Source: an uncultured Candidatus Sumerlaeota bacterium
GTDB lineage: Bacteria > CAYMEV01
Length of the DNA: 64,000 nt
Assembly: GCA_964389675.1 (NCBI GenBank)
Contig: CAYMEV010000017.1
Location: forward strand, 1 to 64,000
Reading direction: 5' to 3'
Shown: piece by piece, positions 29,725 to 39,766 of the stretch
How positions within the stretch are numbered: position 1 is the stretch's first letter
Layout of the letters: each line of letters begins with the position of its first letter
Notes under the pieces: model-generated
What the model was told of the DNA's origin: nothing
The model's database searches: none
Seen by the model: only the letters and a program-made list of their open reading frames with translations
Translations under genes and position numbers: made by a program

Positions 29725-31524
29725 TTAATTTATATACCCAAGGCTTTTCAGCATATTTTCATTTTCCCTCAGCTCTTCTTCTTCAATCTTAATCCTTTTG
29801 ACAAATGCATTCCTCTCTAAAGCCCGGTAGGATTCTATATGCCTTATTTGCCTATTTACTTTGAAAATATCATGGGGAGTACCCGCAAAATCGTCAGATA
29901 CCGGAAGGCCAAAATAGAAGAGCAGGGTAGGCGTAATATCATAAACAGATAGATTGCCCGGGCATTTATCCCTGTCTATATCTTTTCCGTATGCCATAAA
30001 TACTCCATCAGGCGCATTTTCATGAATTCCCTGAAGATAAGGCTTAAGAGGGTCAGAAATGCTTCCGATAAAACCCTTCGACTCAAATCCATGGTCGGAA
30101 AGAATAAACACTGTGCAGTCCTCACCATAATTCTTTAAATAATCTTCAATCTCTTTTTCTATAAAGCCCAGGTATTTTCCCAGGTATGTTGAACCTGGAT
30201 TATTTCCCTTATTTATTTTATTGAAAAAATCATCAAAAAAAAGATGTGAACTTCCGTCAAGGCCATGAATATAAATGATATCTACATTAGATTCAGGCTT
30301 CAGTAAAGACCTGATTTTATCAGCCATCTTCATTATCTTGAAATCACTTACAAAGAATCTCTCTGCCAGTTCTGCAGAGTATCTGTCCCTGCCTGCCAGA
30401 ATATCACGGAATTGCCTGCTGAACATCTCATGAGCTGCAGGCTCCGTATTCTTTAAAAACTCGGTAATATCACTTTTAATTTCCGGAGGATATATGCTCT
30501 CAAAAGCTAAACTGTCAAAATTGGTTATAAACTCAGTTTCAGAGATAACTGCACCATTAACAATGCTTGGAGGCAATGTAACAGGGTAATTTATCACTGA
30601 TAAACTGAATCCGGCACTTGACATTATATCCCAGATCCTTGGAACCCTGACATCATAGCTCATATTTGGATAAAAAGCTGCAATTCCGGCTTTTGAAAGC
30701 AGATAAAAATACTTGGACATGCCCATGAATTTTGGAAATATGGAGAAGCCGCCTGATTTTGCACCAAAAAACCTGTATCTTCCAAAACCAATAATACCGT
30801 GATTAAGGGGTGTTTCCCCGGATGCAACCGTTGTCCATATTACCGGAGAATGGGTTGGGAAAATTGTCTGAAGCCTTTTATAGATGCCTTTATCCCTGGC
30901 ATTGCAAAAAAATCCATTGTTTTTCTCATCAGTATATTCATCAAGTATATTGGAGGATAAGCCATCAATGCAGAAAATAACAGTCTTATGCGTCAAATAG
31001 GATGATAATGGCGTTTTTATCTCATCATAATCAGAAATTGCAGGCTGAATTGAAAGGAAACAAAAAAGGAAAATAAAAGGGATGAGCATCACGGTTACAA
31101 TACTTATAGGATGTTCAGGTCCGTGATATTTAGAATAATACAGGTAATAGACCAGAAAAAGCTGATTTATGATCAGGATCCCTGCAATCAGGTAATAAGC
31201 CGGCTTAAAAAAGCCTGAATAGATAAAAATATTGTATACAGACAGGACAAGGACCATAAGGGTGAATAAGCCTGCAAAAAGAAGGTTGAGATAAAATACC
31301 TCCTTTCTGGCAGGTCCAGGACCCCCACCTGAAGTAAATCTCTTAATAAAGGCAAAGAAACAGAACAGAATGAAAACGGGCATGATCAGGAAAAAAAGCA
31401 AATACATCCTGTCATTAAGAGAGGGATTGACAGGCAGATTCAATACGATTACAATAAGCAGTACCGGGTTTATTGCAATTATTGAAAACAAAAGATTAGT
31501 AATAAAAAAACTGAAAATCTTCAT
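29725..31524 (-). CDS. Membrane-anchored alkaline phosphatase superfamily protein, paralog of the neighbouring gene
   Basis: ~5 TM helices; IDGL, SPVIWTT...P..HGI, DG.SH, SDHG, DITPTLL, C-terminal SLGYI. Confidence 0.8.
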   Translation of the reverse strand: MKIFSFFITNLLFSIIAINPVLLIVIVLNLPVNPSLNDRMYLLFFLIMPVFILFCFFAFIKRFTSGGGPGPARKEVFYLNLLFAGLFTLMVLVLSVYNIFIYSGFFKPAYYLIAGILIINQLFLVYYLYYSKYHGPEHPISIVTVMLIPFIFLFCFLSIQPAISDYDEIKTPLSSYLTHKTVIFCIDGLSSNILDEYTDEKNNGFFCNARDKGIYKRLQTIFPTHSPVIWTTVASGETPLNHGIIGFGRYRFFGAKSGGFSIFPKFMGMSKYFYLLSKAGIAAFYPNMSYDVRVPRIWDIMSSAGFSLSVINYPVTLPPSIVNGAVISETEFITNFDSLAFESIYPPEIKSDITEFLKNTEPAAHEMFSRQFRDILAGRDRYSAELAERFFVSDFKIMKMADKIRSLLKPESNVDIIYIHGLDGSSHLFFDDFFNKINKGNNPGSTYLGKYLGFIEKEIEDYLKNYGEDCTVFILSDHGFESKGFIGSISDPLKPYLQGIHENAPDGVFMAYGKDIDRDKCPGNLSVYDITPTLLFYFGLPVSDDFAGTPHDIFKVNRQIRHIESYRALERNAFVKRIKIEEEELRENENMLKSLGYIN

Positions 31525-31712
31525 CTCAACTTCTTATACTGTGCTAATATGATTATTACAGCAATATGAATATAAGTTCAATATCTTTTTATACCTGATA
31601 TTAATATGCTTTGTTTTAAAAAATGAAAAATGAAATTATCTGCTTATTATATAACTTGACTAGTTTCCTTAACTGCTGTTAAATTTCTCCTTCATGAAGG
31701 GAAAATTATGCA

Positions 31713-33293
31713 ATGCATGGAAATATCTTAGAACTGGAGCTTGAATATATTCAAAGCCTTTTGCCGGCAGATATAAAAGGGGTTTATTCCTCTGGCAAAA
31801 ATGAAATTTCGATACTGATTAAAGGGGAAAACTATAAAGGATATCTATCCATAAGACTTGACCCATCTTTTCCGAACATCCATGCCAGCGGACCCTGTGG
31901 GGGCAGGTTTATTGAAAACAGCAATATAAACAGGCTTCACAGGTTTATTCTTGGGCATAATATAACAGGAATAACCTCAGTACCTGATGAGAGGTATTTT
32001 TACATCAATCTGAAAAAAGAAAGACCACTGAAGCTTTTCATATCCCTTATACCGCAAAAGCTTAATGCTTTGCTGCTTGATGAATCAGGGATTATTGTCT
32101 GGGCAAACAGATATAAGGCCATGGATGTGGATAATGTCCCTATACTTGAAGGAATTGTGTTTTTGAAAAATGATTTTCTTTCAAAAAAGGAAAACAAAAA
32201 AGAAAGATGCAGGGCCAGCGATCTGCCTTTATGCTACAGTAATATACTGAGCCATGAACAGCAGAAAAGGCTGCTGGATTTTTTCCGCAGCCAGGACCAT
32301 GCTGCTGGCCGAAAGGAAATTATATTCTATCTCTATTTTGGCCCATTCAGGCTTGCAGGCGAGATAAGGCCAGTCATACTACCCTTTCAGATACCTGATC
32401 AGGAGTACCTTTATAGTGGTAATCTAAACAGCATCCTGCAGGAATCACAATCCCTGATATTAAAGTATGTCAATGCCAAAAAGCATCTCAGGGAAAAGCT
32501 GAAAAGGCTGAAAAAAGATATTCACAGGCTTGACAGGAAAAGAGCTCTAATCGAACAGGAATACAGGACAGCCCGGAATCACAGAAAGTTCACACTTTTC
32601 GGGGAACTGATAAAAGCAAACCTTAAATGCATAAAGCCAAGCCAGAAAAGGGCAGTATTAAAGGGTTTTGACGGCAGGCAATATGAAATCCCGCTGGATG
32701 AAAAGCTCTCAGCGGTCGACAACATGAATAATTATTTTCAATATGCAAAAAGAATGAAGAGAGGAATTGACATTAAGAAGGAAAACCTTGATATTACAGA
32801 AAAAGAGATAAACATGCTGAGCAGTGAGCTTAACAGATTAGAAATGATAGATTCATACCAGGGCCTTGAGAATTTCAGAAAAAATGAGGCAAAACTGCCT
32901 TCAGAAGATAAGAAACCAGGGAATCAAAAGAGGCCTAAATATCCAAATATCAGGGAATATACAACCCCTGAAGGGTATACAATACTCGTTGCAAACAATT
33001 CACGTGCAAATGACGAGCTGACATTGAGAATTGCAAAACCCAATGATATGTGGCTGCATACGCAGAATATACCTGGGAGCCATGTTATTATAAAGAACCC
33101 TGACAAAGGCAGGTCCATCCCTCTTGAGGTACTGCTGCAGGCGGCAAGGCTTGCTGTAAAAAACTCCAGGGCGAAAAATTCCTCAAAGGTTCCTGTAGAC
33201 TATACACAGAAAAAGTACGTAAAAAAACCAAAAAGATCTGCGCCCGGATTCGTAATATACACAAATCAGAAGACCCTTATAATTGAATCCTGA
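31713..33293 (+). CDS. rqcH: NFACT/FbpA-family ribosome quality control protein (RqcH-like)
   Basis: N-terminal NFACT-N-like ER motif; coiled coil with GELI.AN and IPLD...N...YF; NFACT-R domain ND.LT...D.WLH....GSHV, VDYT..KYV.KP....PG.V.Y. Confidence 0.85.
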   Translation: MHGNILELELEYIQSLLPADIKGVYSSGKNEISILIKGENYKGYLSIRLDPSFPNIHASGPCGGRFIENSNINRLHRFILGHNITGITSVPDERYFYINLKKERPLKLFISLIPQKLNALLLDESGIIVWANRYKAMDVDNVPILEGIVFLKNDFLSKKENKKERCRASDLPLCYSNILSHEQQKRLLDFFRSQDHAAGRKEIIFYLYFGPFRLAGEIRPVILPFQIPDQEYLYSGNLNSILQESQSLILKYVNAKKHLREKLKRLKKDIHRLDRKRALIEQEYRTARNHRKFTLFGELIKANLKCIKPSQKRAVLKGFDGRQYEIPLDEKLSAVDNMNNYFQYAKRMKRGIDIKKENLDITEKEINMLSSELNRLEMIDSYQGLENFRKNEAKLPSEDKKPGNQKRPKYPNIREYTTPEGYTILVANNSRANDELTLRIAKPNDMWLHTQNIPGSHVIIKNPDKGRSIPLEVLLQAARLAVKNSRAKNSSKVPVDYTQKKYVKKPKRSAPGFVIYTNQKTLIIES

Positions 33294-33500
33294 TATTAAT
33301 ATGTCAGCCAATTAAATGGCGGACAGGCACATAGATGTGTTATATGCCCCGAATATCCATGCTCTTTTAATTTATGGGCTCATTTGCTCCATTCTGCTCT
33401 ATATAACGGGGTCAGGTAGATGCTTTCGACAGCTTTTTGAATTTTATTTTTTTATTTTCATAATATTTTGTTTTTATAATAATATTGTTTTAAAATAATC

Positions 33501-36500
33501 ATGATATCGGAATTTATTCCCGGAGATATGGATCCTATGTCAGACAGGCATGGCCTGATACCAGAATTTATTGCAGACAAATATAAACAGGGTAAATTTA
33601 AGGGACTTTTCTATTGTTATACAATGTTCATCGATATCTCCGGTTTTACAGCAATGACCCAAAGCCTTATGCAGTCCGGAAAAGAAGGGGCAGAGGTACT
33701 TTCATCCATTATCAACAGCCTTTTTACGCCTGCAATAGAGACCATCTACAGATATGAAGGTTTTATATCTTCCTTTGCCGGAGATGCATTTACTTCCATC
33801 TTTATCAGGAATAAGCCAGAATATGCACTTAAAGCAGCCTTTGAAATCAAGAAGCAGTTTATCAGAAATGGCAGTATTGTTACAAAACTGGGAGAATTCA
33901 GATTAGAAGCAAAGATAGGCCTCTCATGCGGAAAAGCGGAGTACAGCATAATTGACCCTGGCATTCAGCATACCTATTATTTCAGGGGAGAAGCTATTGA
34001 TGGATGCGCAGAATCTGAGCATAAGGCCCGGAGATCGGAAATAATTGCTGATAAAAGGTTTATAGGCAGGATCTCAGCTGAGATTGAAAAGAGAGCGCTT
34101 TCTGCCAATTATTTTGAGATTTATCCTTCAGATATAGATATCTCTCATAGGAAGTCAAATAATCGATTGCTGAATATGCCTTCCATAGAAAAGAAATTTG
34201 TAAACAGCAGTCTGCTTGATATTAAGTATAAAGGGGAATTCAGGGAGATAACATCGGTTTTTATCAGCTTCTCTGATGAAAAGACCTTCGAGGATGGTAT
34301 CATGCAGGTAATAAGGAATGCCCATAAGTATGGCGGATATTTCAATCGTGTGGACTTCGGGGATAAGGGCGGTACCATGCTGATAATATTTGGAGCGCCA
34401 TCCGGGATAGAGAAGCTCTACACAAGGACAGCCGATTTTGCCCTTTGCCTTAAAGATATTCATGGATTCCGGTTCAGGGCTGGTATTTCAACAGGAATAG
34501 CATTTGCAGGCTATATAGGTTCTGACAGGAGAAGTGAGTATACTGCAATAGGGAATGTAGTCAATATATCCGCCCGCCTGATGATGAAGGCCGGCTGGTA
34601 TGAAATCCTTGCATGCCAGGATATCAGAAACAGGCTGTACCATCATTACAACTTTTCAGCGGGTGGGTTAAGGAAAATAAAGGGTTTTAGGGCTCCCGCA
34701 AGGATTTATGCCCTGGAATCAAGGAAGGGCTACAACAGGAGAATAACATATAAGAGCGGCTATATACAGAGAACAGACGAAACAGAGAAATTAAAAAATC
34801 TAATCAGCCCTATTTTCAATGGCAGAAGTGCTGGACTGGTTTATGTTAACGGGCCTGCAGGCATAGGTAAATCCCGCTTTATTGATGAGTTCATGATCAG
34901 CAATGATAAATGCGCTTTTTTTTACATGCCCTGTGATGAGATACTCAGAAAATCATTTAATCCCTTCATACATTTCTTAAGGCAATATTTCAGACAGTCA
35001 GAGTCCAAAACAAAATTTCAGAATGCAGAAAGGTTTTCTGAATTGTACAGGAGGATGCTTTCAGAGATAAACGATGAATACTATAAAAAGGAGCTTGCAC
35101 GCACTGAACCATTTATTGCAGGGCTGACCGGGCTCAGCCTGGATGATGCCATATTCAGCGATATGGATCCGAAGATCGTTTATGAAAACACCATTTTTGC
35201 ATTAAAGGACTTCTTTTTAGCTCAATGCCTTAAGAAACCCTCTGTACTGGTAATTGACGATGGACATTCAATAGACACAGACAGCCTTAACCTGCTGAAT
35301 ACAATCCTGAGAAATATGGAAAGTTCCGCCATGGCTGTAATAATGCTCTGCCGTCTCAGGGATGATGGAAGCAGCTATGATTTTTTCAGTGACAGCCCCG
35401 GTAATTCATTAGAGCTTAAGCCCTTCGGAAAAAAGAACATGGACAGGCTTCTTGAGGATCTGCTTGGAACTGGCGATCTGCCTGCTCTAACAAAGGAATT
35501 TATTTGGGAAAAGAGCGCCGGTAATCCGTTCTTCATAGAACAGATCACTCTTTACATGTCAGAAAATAATCTATTCGACAGTAAATTTAATATTGCCGGT
35601 ACTGAATATGCAGTACCTTCAGAAATAGGCCAGATATTAACCGCAAGGATTGACAGATTATCCACAAAGCTTAAAGAAGCTGTTAAGGCCGCTTCTGTAC
35701 TGGGCAGGGAATTTGCGGTAAAAGTGCTGAGAAGCCTTCTATTTAAGATAAAAATCTCTGATAATGATGCTGACTTTGAGAAGCAGATTAAGGCAGGTGA
35801 AAAAGAACAGATCTGGGAAAACATCTCGGAATTGATCTGCATATTCAGGCATGCCCTTATAAGGGATACTGCATATGCCATGCAGCTTAAGGAAAGGCTC
35901 AGGCAGATACACAATATGGCTGGAAATGCTATTGAGGAGATCTATTCTGATAATCTTGAAGCAAACTATGAGGAACTGGCAGAGCATTTCGACAGGGCAG
36001 AGAACATTGATAAAGCTGTTTGCTACCTGGAAAAAGCAGGCAGAAAAGCAATGCAGCACTACAAGAATGAAAAGGCGCTGAATTATTTTGACAGGCTTAT
36101 ACACTATCTCTGGCTTGAAAAAAACAGGGAAAAAGTAATACAAATCATGCTTTTGCAGTCAAACCTCCATTATTTGACGGGCAGATGGGATAAGGCTTTG
36201 AATACCGGAAAGAGCAGCCTTAAGCTTGCTGATAAATTAGGTAAAGGCATAATATCAGTTAACTGCATGCTCAATCTGGCAGGCCATTATATTGCAATGC
36301 ATAAGCTTAAAGAGGCTGAAAATATAGCAAAAAAGTCCCTATCACTTTCAGAAAAGACTGGTTATCAAGAAGGAATAATAAAAGCCCTGTATGAAATAGG
36401 CCGACTGAGCATTGCAAAAGGTGATTATGACAAGGCAAAAGAGCTTTTATTGAAATTTCACTCCAAAAGCTTAATGAAGGGAAATGCAAAGGATATCTGT

Positions 36501-37454
36501 TCATCTCTCGGGAATATCGGGACAATTTATTTTTTTAAGGGTGATTATTTGAAAGCCCTGGAGTTTTTTAAAAAAGCCCTGGCGATTTCAGAGAAAGATG
36601 ATGATATTCATGGGATAAGCAAGGCTGAAGGCAGCATAGGGGTTATATATTTCAACCTGGGCCAGTATCAAAAAGCAATGGCATGTTTTAAGAGGCAATA
36701 TAATATATGCATCAGGACAGGTAATCGTGAGGATTTAAGTCAGGCTGTGGGAAATATGGGCATGGTTAAATATACCATGGGAGATTATGTCAATGCATTT
36801 GAAAATTATGAAAAACAACTGCAAATATGCCTGGAAATAGGCGACAAAGCAGGTACTGCAAAAGTATACGGGAACATGGCCAATATATACAATGAACAGG
36901 CTGAATATGATAAAGCGCTGGAATTTTATGAAAAACAGCTTTCAATTTGCCAAAAGCTGGGAGACAGAAAGGGTATAAGCACTGTTTATGGAAATATGGG
37001 CGTAGCATACGGAGAGATGGGGAAATATGACGAGGCTATAGATTATTTTGATAAGGCAATAATAATCGCAAAAAGCCTGGGGATCAAAAGTAATCTATGC
37101 TCTTATCTGCACCAGAAGGCAGATCTGTTATATGCAAGGAATGATAAAGAGCAGGCAGGCATACTGAATAATGAAGCATTGAAGATTGCAGTTGAAATTA
37201 ACAAGCATTCCATAATTTTCTATGCGACTTTGCTGCAAAGCAAACTGGAAAAGCATCCTGAGCTTTTATTAAAAATGCTTAAGAATGGAGACTATTCACC
37301 TGAACTTAAGGCAATTGCAAATTATGAACTCTGGAAAATTACAGGAAAACCTGAATACAGGCAAATAGCATCAGATATTATCACTGTCCTGGCTAATAAA
37401 CTAAAAAAAACTGAATTGAAGAACATTATGGATGAGATTAACAAGCAATCCTGA
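33501..37454 (+). CDS. Tandem class III adenylate/guanylate cyclase + P-loop (STAND-like) ATPase + TPR protein
   Basis: FIDISGFT/FAGDA (C1); GDKG and YTAIGNVVNISARLM (C2); GPAGIGKS Walker A; LVIDD Walker B; GNPFF; many TPRs. Start may be slightly downstream. Confidence 0.88.
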   Translation: MISEFIPGDMDPMSDRHGLIPEFIADKYKQGKFKGLFYCYTMFIDISGFTAMTQSLMQSGKEGAEVLSSIINSLFTPAIETIYRYEGFISSFAGDAFTSIFIRNKPEYALKAAFEIKKQFIRNGSIVTKLGEFRLEAKIGLSCGKAEYSIIDPGIQHTYYFRGEAIDGCAESEHKARRSEIIADKRFIGRISAEIEKRALSANYFEIYPSDIDISHRKSNNRLLNMPSIEKKFVNSSLLDIKYKGEFREITSVFISFSDEKTFEDGIMQVIRNAHKYGGYFNRVDFGDKGGTMLIIFGAPSGIEKLYTRTADFALCLKDIHGFRFRAGISTGIAFAGYIGSDRRSEYTAIGNVVNISARLMMKAGWYEILACQDIRNRLYHHYNFSAGGLRKIKGFRAPARIYALESRKGYNRRITYKSGYIQRTDETEKLKNLISPIFNGRSAGLVYVNGPAGIGKSRFIDEFMISNDKCAFFYMPCDEILRKSFNPFIHFLRQYFRQSESKTKFQNAERFSELYRRMLSEINDEYYKKELARTEPFIAGLTGLSLDDAIFSDMDPKIVYENTIFALKDFFLAQCLKKPSVLVIDDGHSIDTDSLNLLNTILRNMESSAMAVIMLCRLRDDGSSYDFFSDSPGNSLELKPFGKKNMDRLLEDLLGTGDLPALTKEFIWEKSAGNPFFIEQITLYMSENNLFDSKFNIAGTEYAVPSEIGQILTARIDRLSTKLKEAVKAASVLGREFAVKVLRSLLFKIKISDNDADFEKQIKAGEKEQIWENISELICIFRHALIRDTAYAMQLKERLRQIHNMAGNAIEEIYSDNLEANYEELAEHFDRAENIDKAVCYLEKAGRKAMQHYKNEKALNYFDRLIHYLWLEKNREKVIQIMLLQSNLHYLTGRWDKALNTGKSSLKLADKLGKGIISVNCMLNLAGHYIAMHKLKEAENIAKKSLSLSEKTGYQEGIIKALYEIGRLSIAKGDYDKAKELLLKFHSKSLMKGNAKDICSSLGNIGTIYFFKGDYLKALEFFKKALAISEKDDDIHGISKAEGSIGVIYFNLGQYQKAMACFKRQYNICIRTGNREDLSQAVGNMGMVKYTMGDYVNAFENYEKQLQICLEIGDKAGTAKVYGNMANIYNEQAEYDKALEFYEKQLSICQKLGDRKGISTVYGNMGVAYGEMGKYDEAIDYFDKAIIIAKSLGIKSNLCSYLHQKADLLYARNDKEQAGILNNEALKIAVEINKHSIIFYATLLQSKLEKHPELLLKMLKNGDYSPELKAIANYELWKITGKPEYRQIASDIITVLANKLKKTELKNIMDEINKQS

Positions 37455-37552
37455 TAATATGTAAAAACCAATGGCCCCTTTTAATACCCTATGAAAATAC
37501 CTGCCGCAGGTTCTCCTGAGGTTCAACCTGAAGCCATGGAGCATGAATTTTC

Positions 37553-38578
37553 TCAGATATCCATGTTTTCAATCAACCTGACCGTTTTTTCAAGGTCATC
37601 CCAGTTCTGTGCCATTGAAGTTACAATCCTTACAGAATCGCTGGTCAGGGAACTTACAAATATTGAGTGCTTTTTTAATAATGCCTCAAATGCTTTTCTG
37701 GCCTTGACACTCCTGAACCTGCACAGGACAATATTGGTTCCTCCCCATACCGGTTCCAGTTTATCAAATACCCTCAGTGCATTATATATCATTTCAGCCT
37801 TCCTGTGATCATCCTGGAACATCGATTTATACCTGTTAAGGTAATAATGAGCAATATAGCTTATGTATCCTATCTGCCTCATACCTCCTCCAAGCATTTT
37901 GCGGAATACTTTTGCTTTTTTTATAAACTCCCCTGAACCAATCAGCATACTTCCTGCAGGAGAGGACAGCCCCTTTGAAAAGCATATTGAAAGGGAATCA
38001 CAATATTTTGCAATTTCAGAGGGCTCTTTTTCCAGATATACGCATGCATTGAGGAATCTCGCCCCGTCAATATGAAGCGGGAGTCTGTATTTTTTGCAGA
38101 TATTCCTTATTTCGCTGATCCTTTTTATCGGATAGACTGTCCCCCCACCCCTGTTATGAGTGTTTTCGATCCATATCAGTACTGTCCTGGGCATATAATA
38201 TATATCATCCCTGATTTTGCTTTCTATGCTCTCAGGTTCAAGGATACCGTCCTTATCATCGGCAAAACACGGCGTAATACCGGCTATTCTTGATATTCCT
38301 CCCGATTCATAGTGAATCGGATGGCTGTTTTTATCAAGGATTACCTCTCCTCCGTTGTTTGAGTAGATCATGAGTGCAATAAGGTTTGCCATTGTCCCGG
38401 TAGGAACGAACAGGCTGTCCTCTTTGCCGAACATTTCTGATACATTTTCCTGAAGCCTGTTTGTCTCATTATCCTCACCATATACATCATCACCGATATC
38501 AGCCCTGTACAGCTCCTTGACCAGGTTTTCATCCGGAACTGTAATTGTGTCACTCCTGAAATCAATTAATCTATTCAT
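37553..38578 (-). CDS. ltaE: Low-specificity L-threonine aldolase
   Basis: DFRSDT.T, GDDVYGED, GTMAN, ENTHN.GG, HIDGAR..NA, CFSKGL (PLP Lys), GGGMRQ. Confidence 0.9.
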   Translation of the reverse strand: MNRLIDFRSDTITVPDENLVKELYRADIGDDVYGEDNETNRLQENVSEMFGKEDSLFVPTGTMANLIALMIYSNNGGEVILDKNSHPIHYESGGISRIAGITPCFADDKDGILEPESIESKIRDDIYYMPRTVLIWIENTHNRGGGTVYPIKRISEIRNICKKYRLPLHIDGARFLNACVYLEKEPSEIAKYCDSLSICFSKGLSSPAGSMLIGSGEFIKKAKVFRKMLGGGMRQIGYISYIAHYYLNRYKSMFQDDHRKAEMIYNALRVFDKLEPVWGGTNIVLCRFRSVKARKAFEALLKKHSIFVSSLTSDSVRIVTSMAQNWDDLEKTVRLIENMDI

Positions 38579-38602
38579 ACCTCTAATCCTCTTGTTATTA
38601 TA

Positions 38603-39766
38603 TTATTTCATAATAAAGACCTGGTTTTTACCCAATGATTTTGCCTTGTACATCATATTGTCAGCATCAGCAAAAAGGCTTCTTAAACTTTTGGATATTG
38701 ACGGGAAGGATGATATCCCTAATGATGCTGTGATTTTTGCAGAAATATTATAATCATTGAGGAATACAGCCTCCTCTATATCCTTCCTTATCTTTTCAGC
38801 GACTTCTCTTGCTTCAGCAATCTCTGCCCTTTTAAGCAATATTACAAATTCATCACCTCCATACCTGAAGGATTTGTATTTACCAGCAGACAGCCTTATG
38901 ATATTTGACACTTCCCGTATCGCATTACTGCCCATCTTATGTCCATATTTATCATTAATGGACTTAAAACCGTCAAGGTCAAGAAATATAAGCGAAACAG
39001 GAGCATCTTTCGACCAGCTTGACCCATCAAGCTCCTCAAGTATGGATTCAAGATACCTTGAGTTGTAAAGCCCTGTGAGAACATCCGTTATAGACAGTAT
39101 CTCATTTCTCTTTATCAGGTGCTGATGCTCTATCACAAGGGAGATCATGTCAGCCATGCTCTGGATGACACGCAGTGTATTGTCAAACAGCTCGACCGAT
39201 GACCTGTTTGCCTTCAGCACGCATATCCCGAATATCTCTTCATTTGTGATCAGCGGTACAAATATAAGCGTTATCTCAGTTTTGCCATTTTTATCATTTT
39301 CGATCAGGGGCATAACATAATAGGTCCTGACCGGTTTATTAAATACCGGCTTCTGCATCATGATTAGATCAATGAAACGGTTTTGCTCTTCCCCGCTTAT
39401 TCCTCTCGCAAGCACCTTTTTAAGCTGTGCCTTTTCTTTATTATAGAAGAATATTGCACTTCCTGTACAAAAGCTTATTTTCAGAAATGAGCGGCATAAA
39501 TACCTTAATATCTCAAGAATGCTGCTGGATTGATTTGCCTTGATGCTCATGCTCCTGTAGAGATTCAGCACCTCAATTATGCTGTAGAGCTCCAGGACCC
39601 TCTTCCTTGATAGCTCGGAATACTTTAGAATCTCATCCTTTTTCTGTATTATACCAGACAGTGCCCCTGAGATTCTCTCCCCTTCAGATGGATTATTATT
39701 TATGAATTCAGCTGATTCTTCGATCAGCTTTATAAGCTCTTTGATATTCTCATGCAGGAGGCTCAT
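38603..39766 (-). CDS. GAF-GGDEF diguanylate cyclase
   Basis: TDVLTGLYN, DLDGFKSIND.YGH, RYGGDEF; upstream GAF-like segment. Confidence 0.9.
   Translation of the reverse strand: MSLLHENIKELIKLIEESAEFINNNPSEGERISGALSGIIQKKDEILKYSELSRKRVLELYSIIEVLNLYRSMSIKANQSSSILEILRYLCRSFLKISFCTGSAIFFYNKEKAQLKKVLARGISGEEQNRFIDLIMMQKPVFNKPVRTYYVMPLIENDKNGKTEITLIFVPLITNEEIFGICVLKANRSSVELFDNTLRVIQSMADMISLVIEHQHLIKRNEILSITDVLTGLYNSRYLESILEELDGSSWSKDAPVSLIFLDLDGFKSINDKYGHKMGSNAIREVSNIIRLSAGKYKSFRYGGDEFVILLKRAEIAEAREVAEKIRKDIEEAVFLNDYNISAKITASLGISSFPSISKSLRSLFADADNMMYKAKSLGKNQVFIMK

Noticed and set aside
33316-33498. 60 aa ORF upstream of the cyclase
   Set aside because: No RBS; low-complexity T-rich 3' half that looks like promoter sequence; no recognisable motif.
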